Source: Octopus vulgaris
Lineage: Eukaryota
Direction of reading: 5' to 3'
NCBI GenBank assembly: GCA_951406725.2
Contig: OX597815.1
Span: 115,196,001-115,260,000, forward strand
Length of the DNA: 64,000 nt
Shown here in pieces: positions 37,377 to 49,973 of the stretch. Both the position numbers and the translations under genes were made by a program. The notes below the pieces were generated by a model. It saw nothing but the letters and a program-made list of their open reading frames with translations. It had not been told where the DNA came from and searched no databases. Numbering within the stretch: the stretch's first letter is position 1; each line of letters opens with the position of its first letter.

Positions 37377-39494
37377 TTCATCTATTGGAGACCACATAGT
37401 TATCCTTATAGATGACTGATGACATATGTGATAACTTTGTTGAACTTGTAAAATAGTTGTACACTGTCAACCTCACTCTCATGCCTGTGACCATCCTCGA
37501 TCTAGTAACAAGACCAGGTTGAGATACCTAGAGAGATGAAGACAGATGCAGTGGATCACCAAATGTTTTACTTGCCTCAGTTTGCAGTCTGCATCCCACA
37601 ATGCACTGCTGCAGCCACCTTCCCTGCCATTGAATGATTAAGGTTTCTTCTGCAGAGTCCACAGGACCCAGTCTTCTCAAGCATCGCTAGGCAAGTCCTA
37701 ATATGCTAATTAACCTTTGACTGAGACCCTGATACTTGCTACTACTATGAGTCAGAGTAGATCTGGGAACGATAGTGGCAAAAGGGTGGTTCCACACTTC
37801 TCAAAACTCTGGAACTCCTGAACCAAGGCCTCACTACCAGATGCAGCTTAAAGTCATGCCTTACACAAATTTACTATACAGATGTAACAACAGTGACATA
37901 GTTTGAAATGGAAATGTGGGAGCTGTGACAGTGTTGAGAAAATATATTTGTGACAGTTTATGTGGGAAATTTTTTCATATAGTTCCAGTTAAAATTGAAA
38001 CTAAGAGAGAAACACATTTGGAGACCTTTCTATCAGTTGGTAAATTATTCTAAGTTCTTTTGTTATTTTGTGACATTATCTTTATAGAGCACAAGAATAT
38101 AATGTGATTTATTGTAAGTTTTCTATCTGATCACAACCAACCCAACCAGATTAAATCGTCATGGCTATAAAATTGATGGTGAATGTCACATAGAGGAGAA
38201 AGATAATCTGGATTTAAAACTGTTTCTGTTTTCAAATGTGTAGGCCTCACACAATATATTCAACAGTATCAAAAGTCCTTTCCAAGCCATAAGCTCATAA
38301 GGCCAAATTCTGTGGTGTATATATTCCTCTCCTGAACAGGGTGCTGGTTCATCATGGAATAACTTATTTTTGGCAGCTGAGTAGACTGGGGCAGTGTGAA
38401 ATGAAGTGCCTTGCTCAAGAACACAATGCATTACTTGATCCAGGAATTGGAGTCACCATCATAAGTGCAATATCTTAACTTCTGAGCCATATACCTCCAC
38501 ACATAGTATATTAAAAGTACTTAATTTATTGATTTCAGAAATATAAAGGACGTAAGGAATATTGGTAGATTTAGAACTGAGGCATTATTCAGGCAAATGC
38601 TGTATCACTCCTGCAAAAGTCACAATGGACATACAATTTGATTAAAGAGAGAATGAGAGTGAATGAGAGTGAATAAGAGAGGGAGAGAGAGAGAGAATGA
38701 GAGAGAGTAAAAGAAAAAGAGAATGAAAGATTGAAAGGGAAAGGAAGTTACAAAGTCAAAATTTAAGTGAGTTAAAAATCCTAGAATTAAATTCCTTAGA
38801 TTCTCGTCATGACAATGAAGGCACAGGTGGCAAAAATGTAAGGTGAGAATGTAAGATGAGAACTAGGCAAAGCTATTTTTTAAGGTAGATAAGAACTGGG
38901 TAAAGGTATTTTTTAAGCCTACAACAAATAAGAATCAGAGTATTGGAAGGTCAAGAGAGTCATAGGATATTGTTGTTAATAATGACTTAACAATGCCATG
39001 GAATGTTAGCATAATATTCAGCTAAAAATATTACATTTTCCCTGTTAAATATACCTTTTGCTATGCAAGCTCAGGTAGGTTGTTTTCAAACAAATTTGCA
39101 TATTGTGGGAACATTTGAATTTACAGCTGGAATGTCTACTTATAACTATGTCCTACAAATGTGCAGGAGTGGAAGTGAATTGTAAACTAGACAAATCAAA
39201 GAAAGCAATAAATATATTTTTGAAACTGTATCACACAACAATGGCTTTACTGATGAAAGGTTAAACTTATGATTATGCAGTCAGTACTGCAGAGAATGAC
39301 CAAAGCTTTAGGAAGTAGGTTGATTTGATTTAATAAATGAGCTTACGGAGGTGACTAATGAGTCTGATAATAATTTTAGATAGTTTACTTTTGAATGTGG
39401 TTTTATCATATTTCATATCTACTGCACAATAAAATTTCATTCACTAATATCAGTCATCTTTGAGAAGAGATTTTAATCCAAGTGGTCATACAAC

Positions 39495-41746
39495 CTGGAT
39501 TGCAAGACAGTGTGTGAGAGAAAATTGTAATGTCATAGGAGAGAAATGTGTCCGCATGGATGATGGTGCACTTGCTTTTAATGATTCGGAAAAGTAAGAG
39601 GTTTGGAGAAGCCATTATGAAAGACTGCTGAACATGGAGAATGAATGGGAGGAGGAGAGCCTGCCAAATGTTGACCCAGTAGAGGGTCAAGCTATCCCAA
39701 AAGACAGCTTCCTTGTAGATAAAGCAATTAAGGGTATGAAGCTAGGAAAAGCCCCCGGTCCATCAGGAATCACTGCTGAGATGCTTAAAACATCTGGTGG
39801 TGTGGGCTATTGCCTAGTCACCCACATTGTAAACCAGGTAGTTCATGATGGAGTCATACCCAATGACTGGCGTAGCAGCACCATAGTCAACTGCTACAAG
39901 GGCAAAGGTGATGCTCTAGATAGAAATAACTACAGGGGTATCAAACTACTGGATCAGGTGATGAAGGTCATGGAGAGGGTCATAGCCCATCTCGCTAGGG
40001 ACAGAGTCTGCTTAGATGAGATGCAGTTTAGTTTTGTGCCGGGTAGAAGCACCACTTATGCCATATTCCTGGTTTGACAACTGCAGGAGAAATACATAGC
40101 TAAAGATAAACCCCTATACTTAGCTTTTGTGGACTAGGAAAAAGCCTTTGACAGGGTCCCCCAATCCCTTATCTTGTGGTCAATGCAGAAACTGGGGATT
40201 GACGAATGGTTAATAAGGGCTGTACATGCTCTATACAGAGAGGCCATTAGTAAGGTTAGGATTGGAAATGAATATAGTGAAGAATCCTGGGTATAAGTAG
40301 GGGTCCACCAAGGCTCAGCTCTCAGTCCCCTTTTATTCATCATAGTCCTCCAGGGTTGTCCCTGAGAGCTCCTCTATGCTGATGACCTAGCCCTCTTAGC
40401 AGAATCCCTACCAGAACTAGAAAAGAAAATTTGGGTGTGGAAGCTAGGTTTAAAATCAAAAGGCCTTAGAGTCAATGTAGCAAAGACCAAAGTTCTAGTA
40501 AGTAGTGAGGTGAACACATCACATACCCACTCAGGTAGGTGGCCCTGCTCGATCTATAGAAAAGGTGTTGGTAGAAACTCCATAAGATGTACTCAGTGTA
40601 AGCTATGGACACATAAGAGGTACAACAACAACAAAGGAAGATTAACCAAGAAGATAGCTTTTGTGTGCGGCAGATGCACAGGGGCAATAAACACACAGAT
40701 GCTCAGAAAACAGATTCCATCACATGCCGGAGGAAACACTAGAAGTAGTTGATAGCTACCGCTACCTAGGTGACCAAGTCTGTAGTGGGGATGGATGTCC
40801 AGAGAGTGTTACCACTAGAACAAGAATAGTCAGGGCAAAGTTCAGAAAGCTTCTACCCCTACTGGTGACTAAGGGCTTCTCATTCAGAGTGAAAGGTAGA
40901 TTGTACGATGCCCGTGTGTGAACTGCCATGCTTCACAGCAGTGAAACATTGGCTGTGACTGTGGAGGAGATTTGTAGGCTCGAAAGAAATGAAGCTAGCA
41001 GGATCTGCTGCATGTGTAATGTCAGTGTGCACACACAACAGAGTGTAAGCGCCCTGAGAGAAATGTTACACATAAGAAGCATAGGATGTGGCGTGCAAGA
41101 GAGACATTTGTGCTGGTATGGTCATGTACTATGGATGGATGAGGAGAGATGTGTGAAGAAGTACTACTCCCAAGCAGTTGAAGGAATCCGGAATAGAGAT
41201 AGACCCAGGAAGACATAGGATGAGGTGGTCAAGCATGACCTTTGAATGTTGGGCCTCACAGAGGCAATGACGAAAGACCGAGACCTCTGGAGATATGCTG
41301 TGACTGCAAAGACCCAGCAAATAAAGAGAGTTCACGGCTGAATCCTACACCAGTTTCACATAACCAGCACCATCCCATTCAAAAGTACATTGGGAAGTAG
41401 GGTAACCTGCTGTGCTTGAGGAGACCTATTGAGTCAAGTATATCAACATCAAAATGAAAATCAAATGGAAATTGTAGCTGTGATACCCGTGCGTTTGGCA
41501 CATAAAAAGCACCATCCGAACATGGCCAATGCCAGTGCCGCTTTGACTGGCTTCTGTGTCAGTGGCACGTAAGAAGTACCAACTACACCCATGGAGTGGT
41601 TGGCGTTAGGAAAGGCATCTAGCTGTAGAAACACTGCCAGATCAGACTGGAGCCTGGTGCAGTCTCCTGGCTTTCCAGACCCCGGTCAAACTGTCCAACC
41701 CATGCTAGCATGGAAAATGGACGTTAAATGATGATGATGATGATGA
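39495..41746 (+). mobile_element. 5'-truncated RTE LINE with disrupted reverse transcriptase
   Basis: GKAPGPSGITAEMLK..KGKGD..NYRGIKLL..AFVD*EKAFDRVP..GVHQGSALSPLLF..LYADDL (40375-86)..YRYLG..WYGHV..RPRKT, then the 3' UTR and (GAT)n. Several stops and frameshifts. Confidence 0.95.
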
Positions 41747-41748
41747 TA

Positions 41749-41969
41749 CAGGGAGTGGCAGAAGTAACACCCATTTTACATTTAATAGCTTTTACAGTAT
41801 TTAAATGTTTATGAAGTCATTTTTTATAGAACACAAATTTATTGCATTACTCAAAGAAACGAATAATAAACCAATGAAAAAAATCACAGAAGTTTTAGGA
41901 GATAAAAAAGTAGCTCAATTAGAAACTAGAAAATTCAAATACAAAAGGGCCTTACTTCTGCCACACCTG
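41749..41969. mobile_element. Tc1/mariner-type MITE
   Basis: TIRs CAGGGAGTGGCAGAAGTAA / TTACTTCTGCCACACCTG, TA on both sides. Confidence 0.75.
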
Positions 41970-42273
41970 TATGTATATATGCGTTTAGCAACATAATAGC
42001 AAAAACAACAACAACAATAATACTACAATACCATGCAAAGCATTAAAGTTCAGCATATACATATAAAATGAAAAATGAGAGACATTGGTGTACATGATAT
42101 TAAGTTCCACATATATATATATATATGGCGTTAGGAAGGGCATCCAGCCGTAGAAACACTGCCAGATTTGACTGGGCCTGATGAAGCCTTCTGGCTTCAC
42201 AGACCCCAGCAGAACCGTCCAACCCATGCTAGCATGGAAAACGGACGCTAAATGATGATGATGATGATGATGA

Positions 42274-42330
<57 letters not shown>

Positions 42331-42350
42331 ATATATATATATATATATAC

Positions 42351-43790
42351 ATTGGTTCATCTCATAAATAATGCAGTTTTCTGAACAAAATTATTTTTTC
42401 CTCTAAAATATACTCTCCTTCATTTTCTACAATGCTCTTCCATCTATCTGGTAGACTTGCAAGGTTCCGCTTCCAAAATTCACTTGTCCATCACAAAAAA
42501 TACTCCACCAGTACTGTTCTGACTTCATCTACAGAATTCATATTTTTTCTGTCCAAATGATTTTGAAGACTGCAGAATAAATGATAATCAGATGGGGCAA
42601 TGTCTGGCAAATATGCTGGGTGGGGCATCATTTCCCATTCAAACTGCTCTAGCCTTTTTAATGTCATCCTCTCTGTATGTGGCTGAGCATTATCGTGATG
42701 GAAAAACACCTTTTAGTTTGAAACCAAAGATGGTCATTTTTCTTATAGTGCTAATTTAAGCCACTCGAGCTGCTTACTGTGGATCTTCCATGTTACTGCT
42801 TGGTTTGGGTTTAAATGTTCAATGTGGACTAAACCTTTCATATCCCACTAAACAGATAACAACACCTTATGTGAGTGAAGACCTTCTTTAGCCTGGGGTG
42901 CTAGTGTTCCTCCTTTCCCTACTCACTGTATTCAGCATTTGACATTTTTGTAAAGAACCCATTTCTCATTATCAGTCACTATTTGGTCCAAAAAAGGTTC
43001 ATTCATGAGATGTAACAGCAAAGAAGAGTACATATTAACTCTCTGCATGTGATTAGACTCGGAAAGTTTGTGAGGAATCCATTGACCCAACTTGCTGACT
43101 TTTCCAGTGGCACTCAGTTGTCAATGAATGGTTGAAAGACCAAATCCAAGTTTCTTAGCTAGTTCCTCCACAGTTACAAAGGGATTTTGTTCCCACAAGG
43201 TTTGCAGGACATCTTCATCAAGCTCTACAGATCTTCATGTAAGGTGTTGTTATCTGTTTGGTGGGATATGAAAGGTTTAATCCACTTTGAACATTTAAAC
43301 TCAAAACAAACAATAACAAAGGAGATCTACTGCGAGCAGCTTAAGCAGCTTAAGTCAGAACTATAAGAAAAATAACCATCTTTGGTTTCAAAATGAAAGG
43401 TGTTCTTCCATCAGGATAATGCTTGGCCCCTTACAGCGAGGATGACATTCAAAAGGCTGGAGCAGTTTGAATGAGAAACAATACTCTACCCACCATATTC
43501 GCCGGGCATTGCCTCATCTGATTATCATTTATTCAGAAGTCTTCAAAATCATTTGGATGGAAAAAATATGAATTCTGTAGATGTGGTCAGAACAGTACTG
43601 GAGGAGTATTTTCCATCACGAACAAGTGAATTTTGGAAGAGGGGCCTTGCAAGTCTACCAGATAGATGGAAGAGCATTGTAGAAAATGAAGGAGAGTATA
43701 TAATTTAGATGAAAAAGAACTTTATTCATCTTAATTTTGAAAAATAAAAGAAGTATTTGAAAACCACATTATTTATAGGATGACTCAATA
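42351..43790. mobile_element. Rearranged mariner made of two inverted 3' halves
   Basis: Termini ATTGGTTCATCTCATAAATAATGCAGTTT / AAACCACATTATTTATAGGATGACTCAAT. The minus-strand transposase at 42.4-43.24k reads ..FHHDNAQPH..HPAYLPDIAPSDYHLF... The plus-strand copy at 43240-43700 reads KVLLSVWWDMKG..HQDNA.P..PPYSPGIASSDYHLFRSL. Confidence 0.85.
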
Positions 43791-44079
43791 TATTTATATA
43801 CAAGGAGCCTCTGTTAACCTGTGTAGAACAAATACTGTTTGATATTTTCTTTTGAAAGTATATGTTAATCTATTTTATCTCCAATGTTTATCAGAGAAAA
43901 ATACATACACGCACACACACAAACATGAATACTCACATGCACACAGAGAATTATGCACACACACACACACACCAACAGATATGCATATATATATATATAT
44001 ATGTACTTTCCTACCTACCTTACATACATATATACATACACACACACAATATATATACACATATATATGTACATACATA

Positions 44080-45260
44080 AAAACAGTGTTATTTGGAAAG
44101 TCACTGTACACTTTTTTAAAGTTTATCTGTATTTCTCTCTCATAATCAAAGTTCATTTCTAACTCACCATGCACTTTTGTAATTGACTTATCTGTATTTC
44201 AAATTTAGTTGTTGCAGAGGTATAGCATTGATCATTGAGGAATGTTTTTCTCTTCAAATACATATTTTGAGAAGTTGGTCATTACAGAGACTTAGTATGT
44301 CAGAAGTTTGTTGACAAATTTCCAGATGCACTTGTTTCACATTGCTATATCACTTGTAATCATTGTCTCACCATTTGTAATCCCTATGTCAAACAGACTA
44401 TTTAATGTTGCTATATATTGCTGGTCACAATGTGTTTCCTGGCATTGTTGTATCTTTTAAATGATACCATTCCACTGATCAGAATGTCAATCTGTCACAG
44501 GCATTACTCATTTACAATTGATTGGACCAAAACATCATGAAATAAAGAGTGTTGCTCAAGAGCACATCACACTGACAATCTGGGATTTAAAACTACAATC
44601 TTGTGATCATGAATCTAACACCATAACCACTGGGCCTTGCACCTTCACACCATTTTTAATATCATAGATAAATTCTATGGAAGGAGTTCAATAGAAGATG
44701 CCAAGCATAATGGAAGACCATCAGAGCGAATCAAATAAATGTTATATATTTTTGACTGCATGCTGCTTAATCATCAAAATCATTATGAAAATCAGTGCAG
44801 CAGTAGGATATTGATCTCGCAACTGCTCAAAACTAAATCAAAGCTCTTCTCATATAGTCATGCCAATACAAGAAATAAAAGCAACTGATCATGAAAAGCA
44901 ACAATGTTATCGCAGATAGTTTAACCTATTTATTGAATAGGAAACTGCTAATGTATTTGATATCATTACTCTTTTGCAGATGATGCTTGCTTCCATTTTT
45001 TGTGTTACATCAGTTCACAAAACATGATTGTAGTCAAACTATAATCCTCACAATTTGCATGGAACACCTCTACATGATCTAAAAGCTGGAGTACTGGTTC
45101 TGATTTCAGGCCATTTCACTGTCAACCCTCTTTCCTTTGCAAACATAACAATGAGTCTTGTTATCCTGAGATTCCTTTTAACTTCATCATGCAAATGACC
45201 TGAGAGGAAATGAATTACTCATGGTTTCAATAAAATGCACCACTGTCCACACATCTAATA
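44080..45260 (+). mobile_element. Decayed Tc1/mariner transposase 5' portion, interrupted by a SINE
   Basis: ..KFYGRSSIEDAKHNGRPS.. and ..FADDACFHFLCYISSQN..NPHNLHGTPLHDLKAGV.. resemble 'KF..TGSV.D..RSGRP' and 'FSDEA.FHL.GYVNSQN..NPH...PLH..K.GVW'. Confidence 0.6.
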
Positions 45261-45520
45261 TGCCTGGGGTTAAACAACAACAGCTAACAACATCATCATC
45301 ATTCTTAACGTCCACTTTTCCATGCTTGCATTGGTCAGACAGAATTTGTTGAGGTGGATTTTCTAAGCCCAGATTCCCTTCCTGTCACCAACCCACATCT
45401 GTTTTCCCATGACCAGACATGTTTTTATGAAGGTTGGAAACAAAGGATACGGCTTGCATGATGGTGACACTCAGTTACAACTATCATGTGATGTCAAGTC
45501 AAGGAAACAGTAACACGCAT

Positions 45521-45554
<34 letters not shown>

Positions 45555-45571
<17 letters not shown>

Positions 45572-45730
45572 ATTGGACCTTTTTTAGTTTCCATCTACAC
45601 AATCCACTCATAAGGTTTTGGTTGGACCAAGGCTTTAGTTGAAGAATTTTGCCCAAGGTTCTATGCAGTGAGACTGAACTCAGAACCATGAGGTAAGGAA
45701 GCAAACTTCTTATCACACAGTCACACCCAT
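45555..45730 (-). mobile_element. SINE family 1, 5' half
   Basis: Reverse of gggtgtgactgtgtgataagaagtttgcttcc..gagttcagtctcactgc..ccttgggcaa..gagtggattgtgtagatggaaact. Confidence 0.7.
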
Positions 45731-46419
45731 GTCTATATCCACATCAGTATCTATATCCAAATATAACAATATCTTAGTGTTAGTCCCCTACCACTCATCT
45801 AGTAACATCAGGTGAATAGGGATCTTGATAAAAGATCTCCATCTCTCATAGGCACAAGTTCCATTATGAGTGTGCACCCAGGCCAGGCTTCCTCCTCAGT
45901 CCTCAACCAGCTCTTGGTAAGTCTGTTATATCTCCTGCATCCATTTTCTGGCTTCCAACAATATAACAACTAAAATATTTTCTTATATTCAAAACTTTTC
46001 TGTAAATGAGAAAGATGCAACTGTGATGTTTCATAAGTGCATTGATAATGAAAACAAAATCAGTGCCAAATGGGAATTGAAACTGGAGTGAATATGAACA
46101 ACTGGCTTGCAAACAACATGCTGTCAGTTTTAACAGCAATGATATGCATACCCACAAGATACAAATGAGAACAAATACAGTTTTGCCAATTGCTCTGTTG
46201 AAACATTATTTAATTAGTAACAATGTTTTTTGGTGAATGCTCACCTATATTTTCCTTTCTTCTTCCCCATGCCACTTTTACCTGGTCTCATTAGCATCTT
46301 TCTCATACTTTCATTCAGTTACTTGTTCTGCTTCTACATATAGTCTACCCTTCAGATAAAGCTGCTTCCCATGTCATATAGACTCATAAGGCTGGTTCCC
46401 ATGGATTCTGTGGTATATA

Positions 46420-47315
46420 TAAGAGGGTACCCAAAAGAAACCCAAATTTTACAATATTATTTAATTCACTCAGTTTTACATTTATCCTTTTATTGCCTTC
46501 AAAGTATCCTCCATGTGAAGCACTGCATTGGTCCAGGTACATTTTCCACTGTTCGAAGCAGTGCTGGAACTCTTGTGAAGTGATGCCTTTTAAAGCCTTT
46601 GTCATTTTTTCTTCACCTCTTCCACATCTGCAAATTCCATAGCACCAGCTTTCATCACCAGTGGTGACCTTCAAGGAAAGGTCCAGATCAACTTCCAACT
46701 GTTCTTTTAGTTCATGACATATACTCAGTCATGACTGCTTTTGGGCTTCCATGAGCAAGCAATGAACAAATTTTGCTATAACTCTTTTCATTTGCAATTC
46801 CTCATTCAAAATTCATTGGCAGGAGCACCAGGACACATCAATCATATCAAGTTTGTCAATTGTTTGGTGACGATCCTCCAAGATCAATTCATGAATTTTC
46901 ATGTTTTCACATGTTCAGGAGGTCAATGGTTGTCCTGAACAAGGTTGGTCTTCAAGCAACAAGTGACCATTCCTGAAACATGGAAACCACTTGTAAACTT
47001 GTGTTTTTCTCATGGTAGCATCCTTGTAAGCAGTTTGAAGTATGACAACTGTTTTGGCAGCGGTTTTCCCCAGCAGAAAACAGAATTTCATAGAAGCACA
47101 CTGTCTAGTCATTTCAGCCATCGCAAAAATTGGCAAATGGGGGAGAAGCACAGCAAAACAAAGATGCACCGTGTGACAGTAAACTTAACCAGATGTCGCT
47201 GGTTGGTGCACTGATGCCTGAGGGACACATCAAGTGGCTTCTAGTGGCAGAAGCGTGAACTACAATGGGTTTGTTCCACAGAGAACATTTCCAATTACTA
47301 TTGGGTAGCTCCTCA
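46420..47315 (-). mobile_element. Internally deleted mariner (irritans/Hsmar2-like)
   Basis: ORF 46915-47169 MKFCFLLGKTAAKTVVILQTAYKDATMRKTQVYKWF..FRNG...LEDQPCSGQP is a mariner HTH. ORF 46384-46698 joins TGDESWCY directly to the C-terminal EFQHCFEQWK. TIRs gagggtacccaaaag / ctattgggtagctcctc. Confidence 0.85.
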
Positions 47316-47545
47316 TATGTTCTCCACTAGACAGGACAAAAGTCTGTCAAAGGAATACTCATTTTTGTTAGCTGAGTGGACTGGAGCAACATGAAATGGA
47401 GTGCTTTGCACAAGAACACAACTCATCGCCCAGTCCAGGAATCGAAACCACAGTCTTACGATCATGAGTCCAACACTCTAAACACTAAGCCATGTCCTCC
47501 ACAGTCCACTCTTCAGATAAATGTTAACAAATGTATACGTGTCTA

Positions 47546-47580
<35 letters not shown>

Positions 47581-47608
47581 ACACACACATATATATATTG
47601 TCCCATTT

Positions 47609-47646
<38 letters not shown>

Positions 47647-47672
47647 ACCCGTTCTTGTCCCATTTTGTATTT

Positions 47673-47706
<34 letters not shown>

Positions 47707-48038
47707 AGTGTGTATTATTGCTTTCTAAGAATAGGAACAAGGGCTCATGTTTTATGGGAGAATTATGATCAGCTAAATCAACACCATTTCCTACTTGGTT
47801 CTTTATTTTATTGACCCTCAGAATTATGAAAGACAATGTAAAATGTTTTAACCAAATACATGAAGTATTTCCCTGTCCTTATTTCATAGCTGTTTGACTA
47901 AGAAGCTCACTTTGTAACCATATGCTTTCAGGTTAATTTCTACTGTGTGGTGCCCTGGGCAAATGTCTTTTAGTATAACACCAGGCTGACCAACACCTTG
48001 TGAGTGAATATGGTGAATGGAAGCTATGTAGAAGCCCT

Positions 48039-48072
<34 letters not shown>

Positions 48073-48121
48073 TATATATGATTATACACACACACACACA
48101 TATATACACATTCCAAAATGT

Positions 48122-48330
48122 AACTATATATGGATTGTTGGTGCTTTTTTCCCTCTGTCTTCCTTTTCTTTTGAACTTCCCCTTGTCTCCTGTTTCTGAA
48201 GAAGAGCTTTGCTTGAAAAGTAAAACACCCTTTCTTTCCTTCCCTGACCATCTTATTATTACTTTACATGTACCATATCCTCACATGGTTGTTTTTTCTT
48301 GTCTTTTTTTCCTCTGTTTTTTTTTTTTTA
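48122..48330 (+). mobile_element. Short hammerhead-motif element, family A copy 3
   Basis: TGTTT-CTGAAGA-A-GAGC-TTT-GCTT-GAAA-A-GTA-AAACA (48191-48227). Pyrimidine-rich flanks homologous to 32.7-32.9k. TA tracts at both ends. Confidence 0.6.
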
Positions 48331-48441
48331 TATATATATGCAGCCCACAGGCTTGCCATACCTCAGTCAAACCATCCAACCCATGCCAGCATGGAAAGCA
48401 AATATTAAACAATGATGCTGCTGCTGCTGCTACTGATGATG

Positions 48442-48530
<89 letters not shown>

Positions 48531-49425
48531 TTATCATCATCATTTAACATCCATTTTTGATGCTAGCATGGGTTGGATGGTTCGACCGGGGTCAGGGAAG
48601 CCAAGAGGCTGCACTAGGCTCCAGTCTGATCTGGCAATACTTCTACAGCTGGATGCCCTTCCTAATGCCAACCACTCCGTGAGTGTAGTGGGTGCTTTTT
48701 ATGTGCCACCATATATATATACACATACATGGCATGTATTTTATGCCCATGCCCCACACGACACACACAATCTGTCTTCTGTCAAAACTCACAACTTTTG
48801 TTCACAACACCCCCTTCTCACCACCCACAATCACCATCATTTGCTACAGTCACCTCTTCCCTATCCCTAAGCATCTCTCATCACACTCTTATAAAACATC
48901 CCATCCACTGTACTTTGTGGGTATGTCCCACTGTACTTTGTGGTATGTCTCACTGCATTTCCAACACCATCTATTTCTCTCTCTCCCTCTCTTACCCTGT
49001 ATGTCTCTCTATTTTTTTTCTCTGTAACTCTATCTCTCCTTCTCCTTTCTTTTCCTACTGAGGTACCCAAGTATCTCCTCTATTGTAAGATGCCTATCTC
49101 TATCCCTTTATTGTATTTTAACTTCTCAACTGGCACAAAGCTGCCTCTCTCAGTACTTCTCTGTCTGCCAGCCAAAGGGGTTTTGCCAAATACTTAGCAA
49201 CCCTGCTGGTGCTACATAAAAAGCACCAGTGCTGATGCCACATAAAAAGTACCCAGTACACTCCATAAAATGGTTGACAGATAGAAGGATGTGCAGCTGT
49301 AGAAACCAAACCAAAGCAGGAACAAAGCCTGGTGCAGTTTTCTGTCTTGTCAGCTCATGTCAAACCATTCAACCCAAGCAGCATGGAAAATGGACATTAA
49401 ATAATGATAATGATGATTATATAGG

Positions 49426-49467
<42 letters not shown>

Positions 49468-49762
49468 TGTCTTTGTGTTTGCTCCCTGCTCCTACCGCTT
49501 GACAACCAGTGTTGGTTTGTTTACATCATCTCCATAACTTAATGGTTTGGTATAAGTGACAGACAGAAGTACCAGACTTTAAAAAAACCTAAGTACTGAG
49601 CTCAATTTGTTTGATAAAAATCCTTCAAGGTATTGCCCCAGCATGGCTGCAGTCCAATGACTGCAACTAGTATAAGAAAAAAATTAAAGGTTTTCTTTCA
49701 CGTTTATTTTTAATCAATGTTTTGTTGGAGTAGTAAAGTTTCAAAATCCACAATAATATTAG

Positions 49763-49973
49763 TTTCAAATTTTTGCACAAGGCCGGCAATTTTGGAGGAG
49801 GGGTTAAGTCAATTACATCGACTCCAGTGTTCAAATAGTACTTATGTTATCAACCCCAAAAGGATGAAAGGCAAAGTTGATCTCAGTGGGATTTGAACTA
49901 ACAACATAAAGACAGTTAAAATGTTGCTAAGAATTTTGCCAGTGTGTTAACGATTGTGCCAGCTCACTGCTTT
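49763..49973 (-). mobile_element. SINE family 2 with about 20-bp TSD
   Basis: TSD aaaatccaca(a/g)taatattag at 49743-49762 and 49974-49993; head gcagtgagctggcacaatcgttaacac on the minus strand. Confidence 0.8.

Noticed and set aside
39634-41218. Functional reverse transcriptase gene
   Set aside because: 5'-truncated (no endonuclease), with several in-frame stops and frameshifts.
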